Source: Antedon mediterranea (taxonomy: Eukaryota > Animalia > Echinodermata). From it: DNA of 64,000 nt. Positions 27,501 through 40,615 of this stretch are shown here, in pieces (the stretch's first letter is position 1; each line of letters begins with the position of its first letter). The translations under genes and the position numbers were made by a program. Under the pieces are notes generated by a model. That model ran no database searches. It was not told where the DNA came from and saw only the letters and a program-made list of their open reading frames with translations. The DNA lies in NCBI RefSeq assembly GCF_964355755.1, contig NC_092674.1:27652001-27716000 (forward strand), given 5' to 3'.

Positions 27501-29910
27501 AAATACCCATCGCAAATGTTAGAGTCTTGACCGGTGGACAACTAGTCAGTCGGTCACTTATCTCTGGCCAGATTGACATGGTGTAAAGTGCAGAAAGAAG
27601 ACCGAACGCAAATGCGGTGTAAGCATCAAAGTAATACATAGCGATGATGCAATGGCCGCCAATAAACCACGTCCAAAGAAAGTGAGTAGCTAGGCCAGCT
27701 TTGGAGGCGATCATTAGTCCTGTCACAAGTTCAATAAACACTCCACAACTGAAAATATATAAAAAGTATTTATCTATACAGCATGGCTAACCTTTGTAAA
27801 ATTGTAATCTACGAGTGCTGAGGTATATTTGGAGGGATGAGAAAAGCACCTTATCCATGGGAAGCATGAAATAAAGTACACCAATAGGCTTTCATTTCAA
27901 TCTTAATATTTTTTTGGGACTTAAAGATATTGGCCCCTTGAAACAATAATGTTGTACATTTTTGTTGTTGAATATGCCAATTTAATGTCAAATAATGGTT
28001 ATTCACTTTGACCAAAAATTAAATGGAAAAAAAACCCAATTATTTACCTTAAAAAACTGTAGCTTAAAGAAATTGAACCGTTTACTTTTTATAACAAACT
28101 TTTTTTCCATGAAAGATTAGCTTTATTAATCTGCAAAATGATCTATTCAATGTCTTTATGTAACCTTTTGATATTTTATTATTCAAGTCATTTTTGCCAT
28201 ACCTAAATGGGTAAGGGCTAGGCCCAGTATAAGGATATCCCTTTCCAATCCAGCGACACAACACAGCCACATCACCAAATAAACAATGAGTAATGAATAA
28301 CAGGCTCCCGAAACCTGCGGCTATCTTCTTCCAATGAGTGTTGACCTTTGTGTTAGGCTTAGCTTCAGGCAGTGGAAACTCAACTACAAAAGTAATTATA
28401 TTAATTCGGTTTACTTTTAAAAGCTTCATATATTTAATTTTTATTAAAGATAGTCTTTCAAACAATTGATTTTTAAAATGTTAGTCAACACTATATGGCA
28501 ATATATGCAGCTTTGTTATACTGTAGTAGTATAACATTTCATTGTACAAATTTTCCTTTTTTTAAGTCATGGGCCATTTTTGGTTTATCCAGGTAAGTGG
28601 GCAAATATATTGACCTATAGATCTTACCTGCTATGTACCTATCGATTACAGCAATAACACCAAGAGCAATGACAACGTTATTTGACGTAACATTGCTCCA
28701 GGCTGGCGTGATCGAAATGAACCATACTCTTGATGCTAAAAGTGCTATAAAGCCCAACAGATGGCCCCATAAAGACATACATCTGGTGAAATAATAAACA
28801 TTCAATGAATAAAATTTTGTTTATAATATATGCACAACAGACGGTAAAGAATAAATTTACATTTTTTTAATGAAACTATTGTTTTTCTTGTTGAAGTTCC
28901 ATACCTTTGATAAGCAGACATTAAATTTACATGTTTTTTTTAAACAAATATTCTGAAACTTTGTTTTCGTTTCTTTGACGTTCCATACCTTTGATAAGCA
29001 GATTTGTGCCACCACGTTGCCAACAACAACAAAATCGCAAAGAAATTACCACCAGCTAGAATCTGTAGTCGCAGCAACGTTGTTGGCGCCTGAAATGAGG
29101 CAACAGACGCTACACATAATAATCGCAGGATTAAAATTCCTGATTTACTTTGAATGGCATTTAGGAAGCGCGTTGAAATGCAGAGTAGAGGGCTGAACCA
29201 GACGAGTGCGTAGGCTTCGTATCCTGATATTTCCAACTGGTTGAGGGGGTAAAACCATACCATAGGTGCTAGTGCATGAAATATGGACCAAAACACATAT
29301 CCTGAAATATTAAACAAATGACATATTAGATGAAAAAATCATAACAAACATTAATTATAAAAAAAAAAAAATTAAACAAATCCATAGTAGGAAAGCTGTC
29401 GACTGTGCCGATGGAAAACAACCAATTACATGCATGGTTAACCTCCATGCGGATAGAAAATTAATAAATTACACGCATGATTGACCACAATGGAAAAATA
29501 TTGTAATGTAATAAATGGTAAATTCGGTTCATCTATATTACATTAATAATTGATAATATCATAGGCCTACTCATAAGATATATTTTTGTATAATTAATCA
29601 ATAAAAGAAATCTAGGCCTATAACCAGCAGGCTGAACTGGAAGGCAAGTGATTTTGAGCTGGTGGGACTGGGTGTGTGTCGCCTGTCTGTGTCACTGTGA
29701 CACACACAATCGACGCTTACCGATCACAGCCTCAGAAATCAAAGGCCTTATATAGCTTCTTGGGTGCCCGTACACCTCTATTTCTTCTTCCTCCTCCTCT
29801 TCTTCTTGTTGTTGTTCAGGTGTTACCTCATCGGGAATCTTTTGATCTTCTTTAGTATCTTCTTCTTTAGTTTTTGTTTCTTTCTCGTTTTTCTTTGTGC
29901 GAGCTGCCAT
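18547..29910 (-). CDS. CWH43: PGAP2-interacting protein / CWH43 (GPI lipid remodelling membrane protein with C-terminal EEP-like domain)
   Basis: Exons in transcription order 29910-29721, 29301-28989, 28782-28628, 28383-28203, 27748-27431, 26844-26684 (alternative donor 26753), 26376-26191, 25926-25791, 24602-24453, 21880-21824, 21117-21030, 20197-20136, 19268-19116, 18637-18547 (TAA); phases consistent. Motifs [113 protein letters not shown]. Confidence 0.93.
21233..21417. mobile_element. MITE family D (Harbinger-like)
   Basis: TIR AGGCTAATTTACATAGA / TCTGTGTAAATTGGCCT with TWA flanks; related copies at ~3465-3542 and ~49724-50030. Confidence 0.65.
23882..24325. repeat. 28-bp minisatellite (TAGTATCAATAGCGCAGTATAAATATCT)n, about 16 copies
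   Basis: Direct tandem periodicity of 28 nt in a CWH43 intron. Confidence 0.92.
26921..27290 (+). mobile_element. Penelope-like retroelement 3' fragment (GIY-YIG endonuclease C-terminus plus pLTR)
   Basis: Frame from 26926 reads [50 protein letters not shown], the characteristic KILDxE..R..KEAI.I...NRDxG..L..IYD end of PLE GIY-YIG domains. Followed by a hammerhead motif and a GTAAGT donor. Confidence 0.8.
27188..27232 (+). ncRNA. Minimal type I hammerhead ribozyme motif (PLE-associated), G3-C8 variant
   Basis: Stem I ATTTGC/GCAAGT; core GTGAACA+A; stem II GGCTAC-TGAAA-GTAGCT; GAAA; palindromic ACGT stem III; predicted cleavage after GUA (27226). Confidence 0.7.
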
Positions 29911-30276
29911 CTTGTATCTAACGCCCTCGTGTGAAATGAAAACAAACTGTATAAATTAGTCTTGGAGGAACCAGACACCGATAATCGATAAAAGTACGGA
30001 ACTCTTGAGCTATATTGTGTAGTCGTTTTTTGATAACTGAGAACTATCAGTGTGTATCATCCTCGTACATAATTGTTTCTTAGTTGTAATAAAGATCACA
30101 TTATTATAACATCTAGCATGTTATTATAATATATAAATTTATAGGTATCAATACTAATATTTTTATTTTCAAAAAAATTCGATAAGTAATTTAATAACAC
30201 TAAAACAACATTCTTAATATAACAAATGATATGCAGTACTACTAAATCAATGTCTAATTGCATTGTACAGTATTAT

Positions 30277-33200
30277 GATCAGTGTAGTTACAATTTGATA
30301 ACTGAGCACGGATCTTTTAATATCTACCTCATCAATAATTAGCATTGATATCATATATCACATTGTTGGATATGATCAGTGTAGTCATAATTTGATAACT
30401 GAGCACGCATCTTTTAATATCTACCTCATCAATAATTAGCATTGATATCATATATCACATTGTTGGATATGATCAGTGTAGTCATAATTTGATAACTGAG
30501 CACGCATCTTTTAATATCTACCTCATCAATAATTATTTTTAATAATCTATATCACATTGTTCGATATGATCAGTGTAGTCATAATTTGATAACTGAGCAT
30601 GCATCTTTCAATATCTACATCATCAATAATTATTATTATTAATCTATATCACACTGTTGGATATGATCAGTGTAGTCAGAATTTGATAACTGAGCATGCA
30701 TCTTTCAATATCTACATCATCAATAATTATTACTAATAATCTATATCACATTGTTCGATATAATCAGTGTAGTCAGAATTTGATAACTGAGCACGCATCT
30801 TTCAATATCTACATCATCAATAATTATTATTAATAATCTATATCACACTGTTGGATATGATCAGTGTAGTCAGAATTTGATAACTGAGCACGCATCTTTC
30901 AATATCTACATCATCAATAATTATTACTAATAATATATCACATTGTTGGATATGATCAGTGTAGTCAGAATTTGATAACTGAGCACGCATCTTTTAATAT
31001 CTACCTCATCAATAATTATTATTAATAATCTATATCACATTGTTGGATATTATCAGTGTAGTCAGAATTTGATAACTGAGCACGCATCTTTTAATAGCTA
31101 CCTCATCAATAATTAATGTTAATAATCTAAATCACATTGTTGGATATGATCAGTGTAGTCAACATTTGACAACTGAGAACGCATCTTTTAATATCTACCT
31201 CATCAATAATTATTACTAATAATATATCACATTGTGCGATATGATCAGTGTAGTCAGAATTTGATAACTGAGCACGCATCTTTTAATATCTACCTCATCA
31301 ATAATTATTATTAATAATCTATATCACATTGTTGGATATGATCAGTGTAGTCAGAATTTGATAACTGAGCACGCATCTTTTAATATCTACATCATCAATA
31401 ATTATTAATAATAATCTATATCACATTTTGGGATATGATCAGTGTAGTCATAATTTGATAACTGAGCACGCAGCTTTTAATATCTACCTCATCAATAATT
31501 GTTATTAATATCTTATATCACATTGTTGGATATGATCAGTGTAGTCATAATTTGATAACTGAGCACGCATCTTTAAATATCCACCTCATCAATAATTATT
31601 ATTAATAATCTATATCACATTGTTGGATATAATCAGTGTAGTCATAATTTGATAACTGAGCACGCATCTTTCAATATCTACATCATCAATAATTATTATT
31701 AATATCTTATATCACATTGTTCGATATGATCAGTGTAGTCATAATTTGATAACTGAGCACGCATCTTTAAATATCTACCTTTTAATAATTAATATTAATA
31801 ATCTATAGCACATTGTTTGATAGGATCAGTGTAGTCATAATTTGATAACTGAGCACGCATCTTTCAATATCTACCTCATCAATAATTATTATTAATAATC
31901 TATATCACATTGTTGGATATAATCAGTGTAGTCATAATTTGATAACTGAGCACGCATCTTTTATTATCTACCTCATCAATAATTATTATTAATAATCTAT
32001 ATCACACTGTTGGATATGATCAGTGTAGTCAGAATTTGATAACTGAGCACGCATCTTTTAATATCTACCTCATCAATAATTATTATTAATAATCTATATC
32101 ACACTGTTGGATATGATCAGTGTAGTAAGAATTTGATAACTGAGCACGCATCTTTAAATATCTACCTCATCAATCATTATTATTAATAATCTATATCACA
32201 TTGTTGGATATGATCAGTGTTAGTAATAATTTGATAACCGAGCACGCATCTTTCAATATCTATTTCATCAATAATTATTATTAATACTCTACATCACATT
32301 GTTGGATATGATCAGTGTAGTCATAATTTGATAACTGAGCACGCATCTTTCAATATCTATATCATCAATAATTATTAATAATAATCTATATCACATTTTG
32401 GGATATGATCAGTGTAGTCATAATTTGATAACTGAGCACGCATCTTTTAATATCTACCTCATCAATAATTGTTATTAATATCTTATATCACATTGTTGGA
32501 TATGATCAGTGTAGTCATAATTTGATAACTGAGCACGCATCTTTAAATATCTACCTCATCAATAATTATTATTAATAATCTATATCACATTGTTGGATAT
32601 AATTAGTGTAGTCATAATTTGATAACTGAGCACGCATCTTTCAATATCTACATCATCAATAATTATTATTAATATCTTATATCACATTGTTCGATATGAT
32701 CAGTGTAGTCATAATTTGATAACTGAGCACACATCTTTAAATATCTACTTTTCAATAATTAATATTAATAATCTATAGCACATTGTTTGATAGGATCAGT
32801 GTAGTCATAATTTGATAACTGAGCACGCATCTGTCAATATCTACCTCATCAATAATTATTATTAATAATCTATATCACATTGTTGGATATAATCAGTGTA
32901 GTCATAATTTGATAACTGAGAACGCACCTTTTAATATCTACATCATCAATAATTATTAATAATAATCTATATCACATTGTTGGATATGATCAGTGTAGTC
33001 ATAATTTGATAACTGAGCACGCATCTTTTAATATCTACCTCATCAATAATTAATGTTAATAATCTATATCACATTGTTGGATATGATCAGTGTAGTCATA
33101 ATTTGATAACTGAGCACGCATCTTTAAATATCTACCTCATCAATAATTAATGTTAATAATCTATATCACATTGTTGGATATAATCAGTGTAGTCATAATT

Positions 33201-35215
33201 TGATAACTAAGCACGCATCTTTTAATATCTACCTCATCAATAATTATTATTAATATCTTATATCATATTGTAGGATATGATCAGTGTAGTCATAATTTGA
33301 TAACTGAGCACGCATCTTTCAATATCTACATCATCAATAATTATTAATAATAATCTATATCACATTTTGGGATATGATCAGTGTAGTCATAATTTGATAA
33401 CTGAGCACGCATCTTTTAATATCTACCTCATCAATAATTGTTATTAATATCTTATATCACATTGTTGGATATGATCAGTGTAGTCATAATTTGATAACTG
33501 AGCATGCATCTTTAAATATCTACCTTTCAATAATTAATATTAACAATCTATAGCACATTGTTTGATAGGATCAGTGTAGTCATAATTTGATAACTGAGCA
33601 CGCATCTTTCAATATCTACCTCATCAATAATTATTATTAATAATCTATATCACATTGTAGGATATGATCAGTGTAGTCATAATTTGATAACTGAGCACGC
33701 ATCTTTCAATATCTACATCATCAATAATTATTAATAATAATCTATATCACATTGTTGGATATGATCAGTGTATTCATAATTTGATAACTGAGCACGCATC
33801 TTTTAATGTCTACCTCATCAATAATTAATGTTAATAATCTATATCACATTGTTGGATATGATCAGTGTAGTCATAATTTGATAACTGAGCACGTATCTTT
33901 AAATATCTACCTCATCAATAATTAATGTTAATAATCTATATCACATTGTTGGATATGATCAGTGTAGTCATAATTTGATAACTAAGCACGCATCTTTTAA
34001 TATCTACCTCATCAATAATTATTATTAATATCTTATATCACATTGTAGGATATGATCAGTGTAGTCATAATTTGATAACTGAGCACGCATCTTTCAATAT
34101 CTACATCATCAATAATTATTAATAATAATCTATATCACATTTTGGGATATGATCAGTGTAGTCATAATTTGATAACTGAGCACGCATCTTTTAATATCTA
34201 CCTCATCAATAATTGTTATTAATATCTTATATCACATTGTTGGATATGATCAGTGTAGTCATAATTTGATAACTGAGCACGCATCTTTAAATATCTACCT
34301 CATCAATAATTATTATTAATAATCTATATCACATTGTTGGATATAATCAGTGTAGTCATAATTTGATAACTGAGCACGCATCTTTCAATATCTACATCAT
34401 CAATAATTATTATTAATATCTTATATCACATTGTTCGATATGATCAGTGTAGTCATAATTTGATAACTGAGCACGCATCTTTCAATATCTACCTCATCAA
34501 TAATTATTATTAATAATCTATATCACATTGTTGGATATGATCTGTGTAGTCAGAATTTGATAACTGAGCATGCATCTTTTAATATCTACCTAATCAATAA
34601 TAATTATTAATAATATCTATATCACATTGTTCGATATGATCAGTGTAGTCATAATTTGATAACTGAGCACGCATCTTTCAATATCTACCTCATCAATAAT
34701 TGCTATTAATATCTTATATCACATTGTTGGATATGATCAGTGTATTCATAATTTGATAACTGAGCACGCATCTTTAAATATCTACCTCATCAATAATTAT
34801 TATTAATAATCTATATCACATTGTTGGATATAATCAGTGTAGTCATAATTTGATAACTGAGCACGCATCTTTCAATATCTACATCATCAATAATTATTAT
34901 TAATATCTTATATCACATTGTTCGATATGATCAGTGTAGTCATAATTTGATAACTGAGCACGCATCTTTCAATATCTACCTCATCAATAATTATTATTAA
35001 TAATCTATATCACATTGTTGGATATGATCTGTGTATTCATAATTTGATAACTGAGCACGCATCTTTCAATATCTACCTCATCAATAATTATTATTAATAA
35101 TCTATATCACATTGTTGGATATGATCTGTGTATTCATAATTTGATATAACGCATCTTTTAATATCTACCTAATCAATAATAATTATTAATACTTAATGTT
35201 GGATATGATCAGTGT
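30277..35215 (+). repeat. 97-bp tandem array, left arm (about 51 copies)
   Basis: Unit GATCAGTGTAGTCATAATTTGATAACTGAGCACGCATCTTTTAATATCTACCTCATCAATAATTATTATTAATAATCTATATCACATTGTTGGATAT; e.g. copies start at 30471 and 30568. Confidence 0.95.
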
Positions 35216-35859
35216 GATTTTGTTAGATTTACTGTATACAAGAGATCGAGTCGATGGGTTTTGAAAATGTGTTATTCTTTTGTTCCTAATTACCCTATTG
35301 ATTTGTATCCGTTTGCTGTTTAAATTTATACTTTTAAGAACGCATCGTTTATGATGAACGTGTGCCGTTGTAAAAATAAAAATATTCCATATCTTTTTAT
35401 GTTTGATATGTATTGTAGGGGCCATCATGAGACATGCTTTGGCTTCTATTGAGGGTCCCAGTTCTTCTTAACAGAATAAATGTGCAGTGAATAAATAATT
35501 TGATAAATGAGGACGTGTGTTTTAACATCGATCTATACAGACCGTAATACTCTTCCAGAAATGATATGTTGCTATAATAGGCCTATGACCAATTTCCATT
35601 ACATTAATAATTCAATTAAGATTGGAAATGTGTCAGAAATACTAAAGAAATCCAGTAATCTTATTGATTAATAATTATTTATACCATTTCAGAAAACTAA
35701 ACTTGCAGCCAATCAAAAAGCTGCTGTACTGTATAAGTAGGGAATTTTAAGTAGGAGTTGTTTTAAATGTCATTGGTCTCGGCTAATCAGTTATTGCCAT
35801 TTATGATAGGCATCTTTATTACCAAACAATATTAAAATATAATTACTTCCTTCACATTT

Positions 35860-38760
35860 TACAACCTAGTTTGTGTTTTAAAATGTCAATTTTGGATAAA
35901 TTTACAGATTTTACCATTTAAACTGCGTAAACTTAATGCAAACTTTAAAAAAACACCCACAAACATCATCCAAACAACTTAATATTGATTATACCACTAC
36001 AAGAACTATAAAAGAGGACAATTTATGAAATAATTTCATTGAAATAGCTCTAGGTTTGATATTTTAGGGTAAAAAATGTCAATTTTGGATAAATTTTCAG
36101 ATTTTACCATGTAAACTGCGTAAACTTAATGCAAACTTAAAAAAACACCCCACAAACATCATTCAAACCACTTAATATTGATTATATCACTACTAGAACT
36201 GTAAAAGAAGACAATTTTTGAAATCAATTTATTGAAATAGCTCTAAGTTTGACTTTTTAGGGTGAAAAATGTCAATTTTGGATAAATTTACAGATTTTAC
36301 CATTTAAACTGCGTAAACTTAATGCAAACTTTAAAAAAACACCCACAAACATCATCCAAACAACTTAATATTGATTATACCACTACAAGAACTATAAAAG
36401 AGGACAATTTATGAAATCATTTTATTGAAAAAGCTCTAGGTTTGATTTTTTAGGGTGAAAAATGTCAATTTTGGATAAATTTACAGATTTTACCATTTAA
36501 ACTGCGTAAACTTAATGCAAACTTTAAAAAAACACCCACAAACATCATCCAAACAATTGAATACTGATTATACCACTACAAGAACTATAAAAGAGGACAA
36601 TTTATGAAATCATTTTTATTGAAATAGCTCTAGGTTTAAATTTTTAGGGTAAAAAATGTCAATTTTTGATAAATTTTCAGATTTTACCATGTAAACTGCG
36701 TAAACTTAATGCAAACTTAAAAAAACACCCCACAAACATCATTCAAACCACTTAATATTGATTATATCACTACTAGAACTGTAAAAGAAGACAATTTTTG
36801 AAATCAATTTATTGAAATAGCTCTAAGTTTGACTTTTTAGGGTGAAAAATGTCAATTTTGGATAAATTTACAGATTTTACCATTTAAACTGCGTAAACTT
36901 AATGCAAACTTTAAAAAAACACCCACAAACATCATTCAAACAACTTAATATTGATTATACCACTACAAGAACTATAAAAGAGGACAATTTATGAAATAAT
37001 TTTATTGAAATAGCTCTAGGTTTGATTTTTTAGGGTGAAAAATGTCAATTTTGGATAAATTTACAGATTTTACCATTTAAATTGCGTAAACTTAATGCAA
37101 ACTTTAAAAAAACACCCACAAACATCATCCAAACAATTGAATACTGATTATACCACTACAAGAACTATAAAAGAGGACAATTTATGAAATCATTTTTATT
37201 GAAATAGCTCTAGGTTTGAATTTTTAGGGTAAAAAATGTCAATTTTTGATAAATTTTCAGATTTTACCATGTAAACTGCGTAAACTTAATGCAAACTTAA
37301 AAAAACACCCCACAAACATCATTCAAACCACTTAATATTGATTATATCACTACTAGAACTGTAAAAGAAGACAATTTTTGAAATCAATTTATTGAAATAG
37401 CTCTAAGTTTGACTTTTTAGGGTGAAAAATGTCAATTTTGGATAAATTTACAGATTTTACCATTTAAACTGCGTAAACTTAATGCAAACTTTAAAAAAAC
37501 ACCCACAAACATCATCCAAACAACTTAATATTGATTATACCACTACAAGAACTATAAAAGAGGACAATTTATGAAATCATTTTATTGAAATAGCTCTAGG
37601 TTTGATTTTTTAGGGTGAAAAATGTCAATTTTGGATAAATTTACAGATTTTACCATTTAAACTGCGTAAACTTAATGCAAACTTTAAAAAAACACCCACA
37701 AACATCATCCAAACAATTGAATACTGATTATACCACTACAAGAACTATAAAAGAAGACAATTTATGAAATCATTTTATTAAAATAGTTCTAGGCTTGACA
37801 TTTTTGGGGTGATTATAAAATAATTTTATTGAAATAGCTCTAGGAATAAATTGACACATTTTACCATTTAAACTGTGCAAACTTTTAAAAAACACCCCAT
37901 AAACATCATCCAAACCACTTAATATTGATTATATTATTATTAGAACTATAAAAGAGGACAATTTATGAAATAATTTTATTGAAATGGCTCTAAGATTTTT
38001 TTAGGAGTGAAAAATGTCAATTTTGGATAATTGACAGATTTTACCATGTAAACTGCGTAAACTTAATGCAAACTTTAAAAAATACCCCACAAACATCATT
38101 CAAACAATTGAATACTGATTATACTACTACTAGAACTATAAAAGAAGACAATTTATGAAATCATTTTATTAAAATAGTTCTAGGTTTGACATTTTTGGGG
38201 TGATTATGAAATAATTTTATTGAAATAGTTCTAGGAATAAATTGACACATTTTACCATGTAAACTGTGCAAACTTAATTAAAAAATACCTTACAAACATC
38301 ATTCAAACAATTGAATACTGATTATACCACTACTAGAACTATAAAAGAGGACAATTTATGAAATAATGTTATTGAAATGGCTCTAAGATTTTTTTAAGAG
38401 TGAAAAATGTCAATTTTGGATAATTTACAGATTTTACCATGTAAACTGCGTAAACTTAATTAAAAAACACCCACAAACATCATCCAAACAACTTAATATT
38501 GATTATACCACTACAAGAACTATAAAAGAGGACAATTTATGAAATCATTTTATTGAAATAGCTCTAGGTTTGATTTTTTAGGGTGAAAAACCACTTAATA
38601 TTGATTATCACTAAAACTATAAAAGAAGACAACTTATGAAATGATTTTATTGAAATAGGTCAGTTTGACCTTTTTGGATAAATTGACAGATTTTAAAGTT
38701 TAAACTTTACAATGCAAAAAAGGCCATCTGCAAACATCCTTCAAACCACTTATTATATTA
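35860..38760. repeat. 193-194-bp satellite array (about 15 copies) with 580-bp trimer higher-order repeat
   Basis: ATGTCAATTTT landmark at 35883, 36076, 36269, 36462, 36656, 36849, 37042, 37236; variant monomer recurs every 580 bp; degenerates towards 38760. Confidence 0.93.
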
Positions 38761-38779
38761 AGACAATATTAATATTTGA

Positions 38780-40615
38780 AGCAGATATAAAATGATGCAT
38801 GCTCAGTTATCAAATGACTAGGCCTACACTGATCATATTTGATATTGGTATATAGACAATTAATATTAATTATTGTTGAGGTAGTTCAAACTATGATTAC
38901 ACTGATCATATCCAAAATTGTGATATAGAATATTATTAATAGTTATGGAAAAGGTAGATATTAAAAACCTAAACAGATCATATCCAACAGTTTGATATAG
39001 ATTATTAATATTAATTAATGATGATGCAGATATTAAAAGATTTTTGCTCAGTTATCAATTTATGACTACACTGATCATATCCAACTATGTGATATAGATT
39101 ATTAATAATAATTATTGATGAAATAGATATTGAAAGATGCGTGCTCAGTTATCAAATTATGACTACACTAATCATACCCAACATTGTGATATAGATTATT
39201 AATAATAATTATTGATGAGGTAGATATTAAACTATGTATGCTCAGTTATCAAACTATGACTACACTGATCATTTCCAACATTGTGATATAGGATATTATT
39301 AATAGTTATTGATAAGGTAGATATTAAAAAACTAAACACATCATATCCAACAGTGTGATATAGATTATTAATATTAATTATTGATGAGGTAGATATTGAA
39401 AGATGCATGCTCAGTTATCAAATTATGACTACACTGATCATATCCAACAGTGTGATGTAGAGTATTAATAATAATTATTGATGATGTAGATATTAAAAGA
39501 TGCGTGCTCAGTTATCAAATTATTACTACACTGATCATATCCAACAATGTGATATAGATTATTAATAATAATTATTGAAAGGTAGATATTTAAAGATGCA
39601 TGCTCAGTTATCAAATTCTGACTACACTGATCATATCCAACAATGTGATTTAGATTATTAACATTAATTATTGATGAGGTAGATATTAAAAGATGCGTGC
39701 TCAGTTATCAAATTCTGAATACACTGATAATATCCAACAATGTGATATAGATTATTAATAATAATTATTGATGAGGTAGATATTAAAAGATGCGTGCTCA
39801 GTTATCAAATTCTGACTACACTGATCATTATCCAACAATGTGATATAAGATATTAATAATAATTATTGATGAGGTAGATATTAAAAGATGCGTGCTCAGT
39901 TATCAAATTATGACTACACTGATCATATCCAACAATGTGATATAGAATATTATTAATAGTTATTATTGATAAGGTATATATTAAAAAACTAAACAGATCA
40001 TACAGTATCCAACAGTGTGATATAGATTATTATTAATAATTATTGATGAGGTAGATATTAAAAGATTTTTGCTCAGTTATCAAATTATGACTACACTGAT
40101 CATATCCAACAATGTGATATAAATTATTAATAATAATTATTGATGAAATAGATATTGAAAGATACGTGCTCAGTTATCAAATTATGACTACACTAATCAT
40201 ATCAAACATTGTGATATAGGATATTATTAATAGTCATTTATAAGGTATATATTAAAAGATGCGTGCTCAGTTATCAAATTCTGACTACACTGATCATATC
40301 GAACAATGTGATATATTATGATATTAATATTAATTATTGATGAGGTAGATATTAAAAGATGCGTGCTCAGTTATCAAATTATGACTAACACTGATCATAT
40401 CCTACATTGTGATATAGGACATTATTAATAGTTATTGATAAGGTAGTTATTAAAAGATGCGTGCTCAGTTATCAAATTTTGACTACAAAGATCATATCCA
40501 ACATTGTGATGTAGATTTATATTAATATTAATTATTGATGATGTAGATATTAAAAGATGCATGCTAAGTTATCAAATTTTGACTACACTGATCATATTTG
40601 ATATTGTGATTGATG
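38780..40615 (-). repeat. 97-bp tandem array, right arm in inverted orientation (about 19 copies, more degenerate)
   Basis: Reverse complement of the left-arm unit (GATGCGTGCTCAGTTATCAAATTATGACTACACTGATC). Confidence 0.93.

Noticed and set aside
35215-35860. Transposase remnant in the unique spacer between the arrays
   Set aside because: The frames I read are interrupted by stops and show no recognisable DDE or zinc-finger motif; would need TBLASTN/HMM to revisit.
30277-40615. 97-bp and 193-bp arrays as a CRISPR array
   Set aside because: Whole units repeat with no unique spacers, there are no cas genes, and the context is eukaryotic and spliced.
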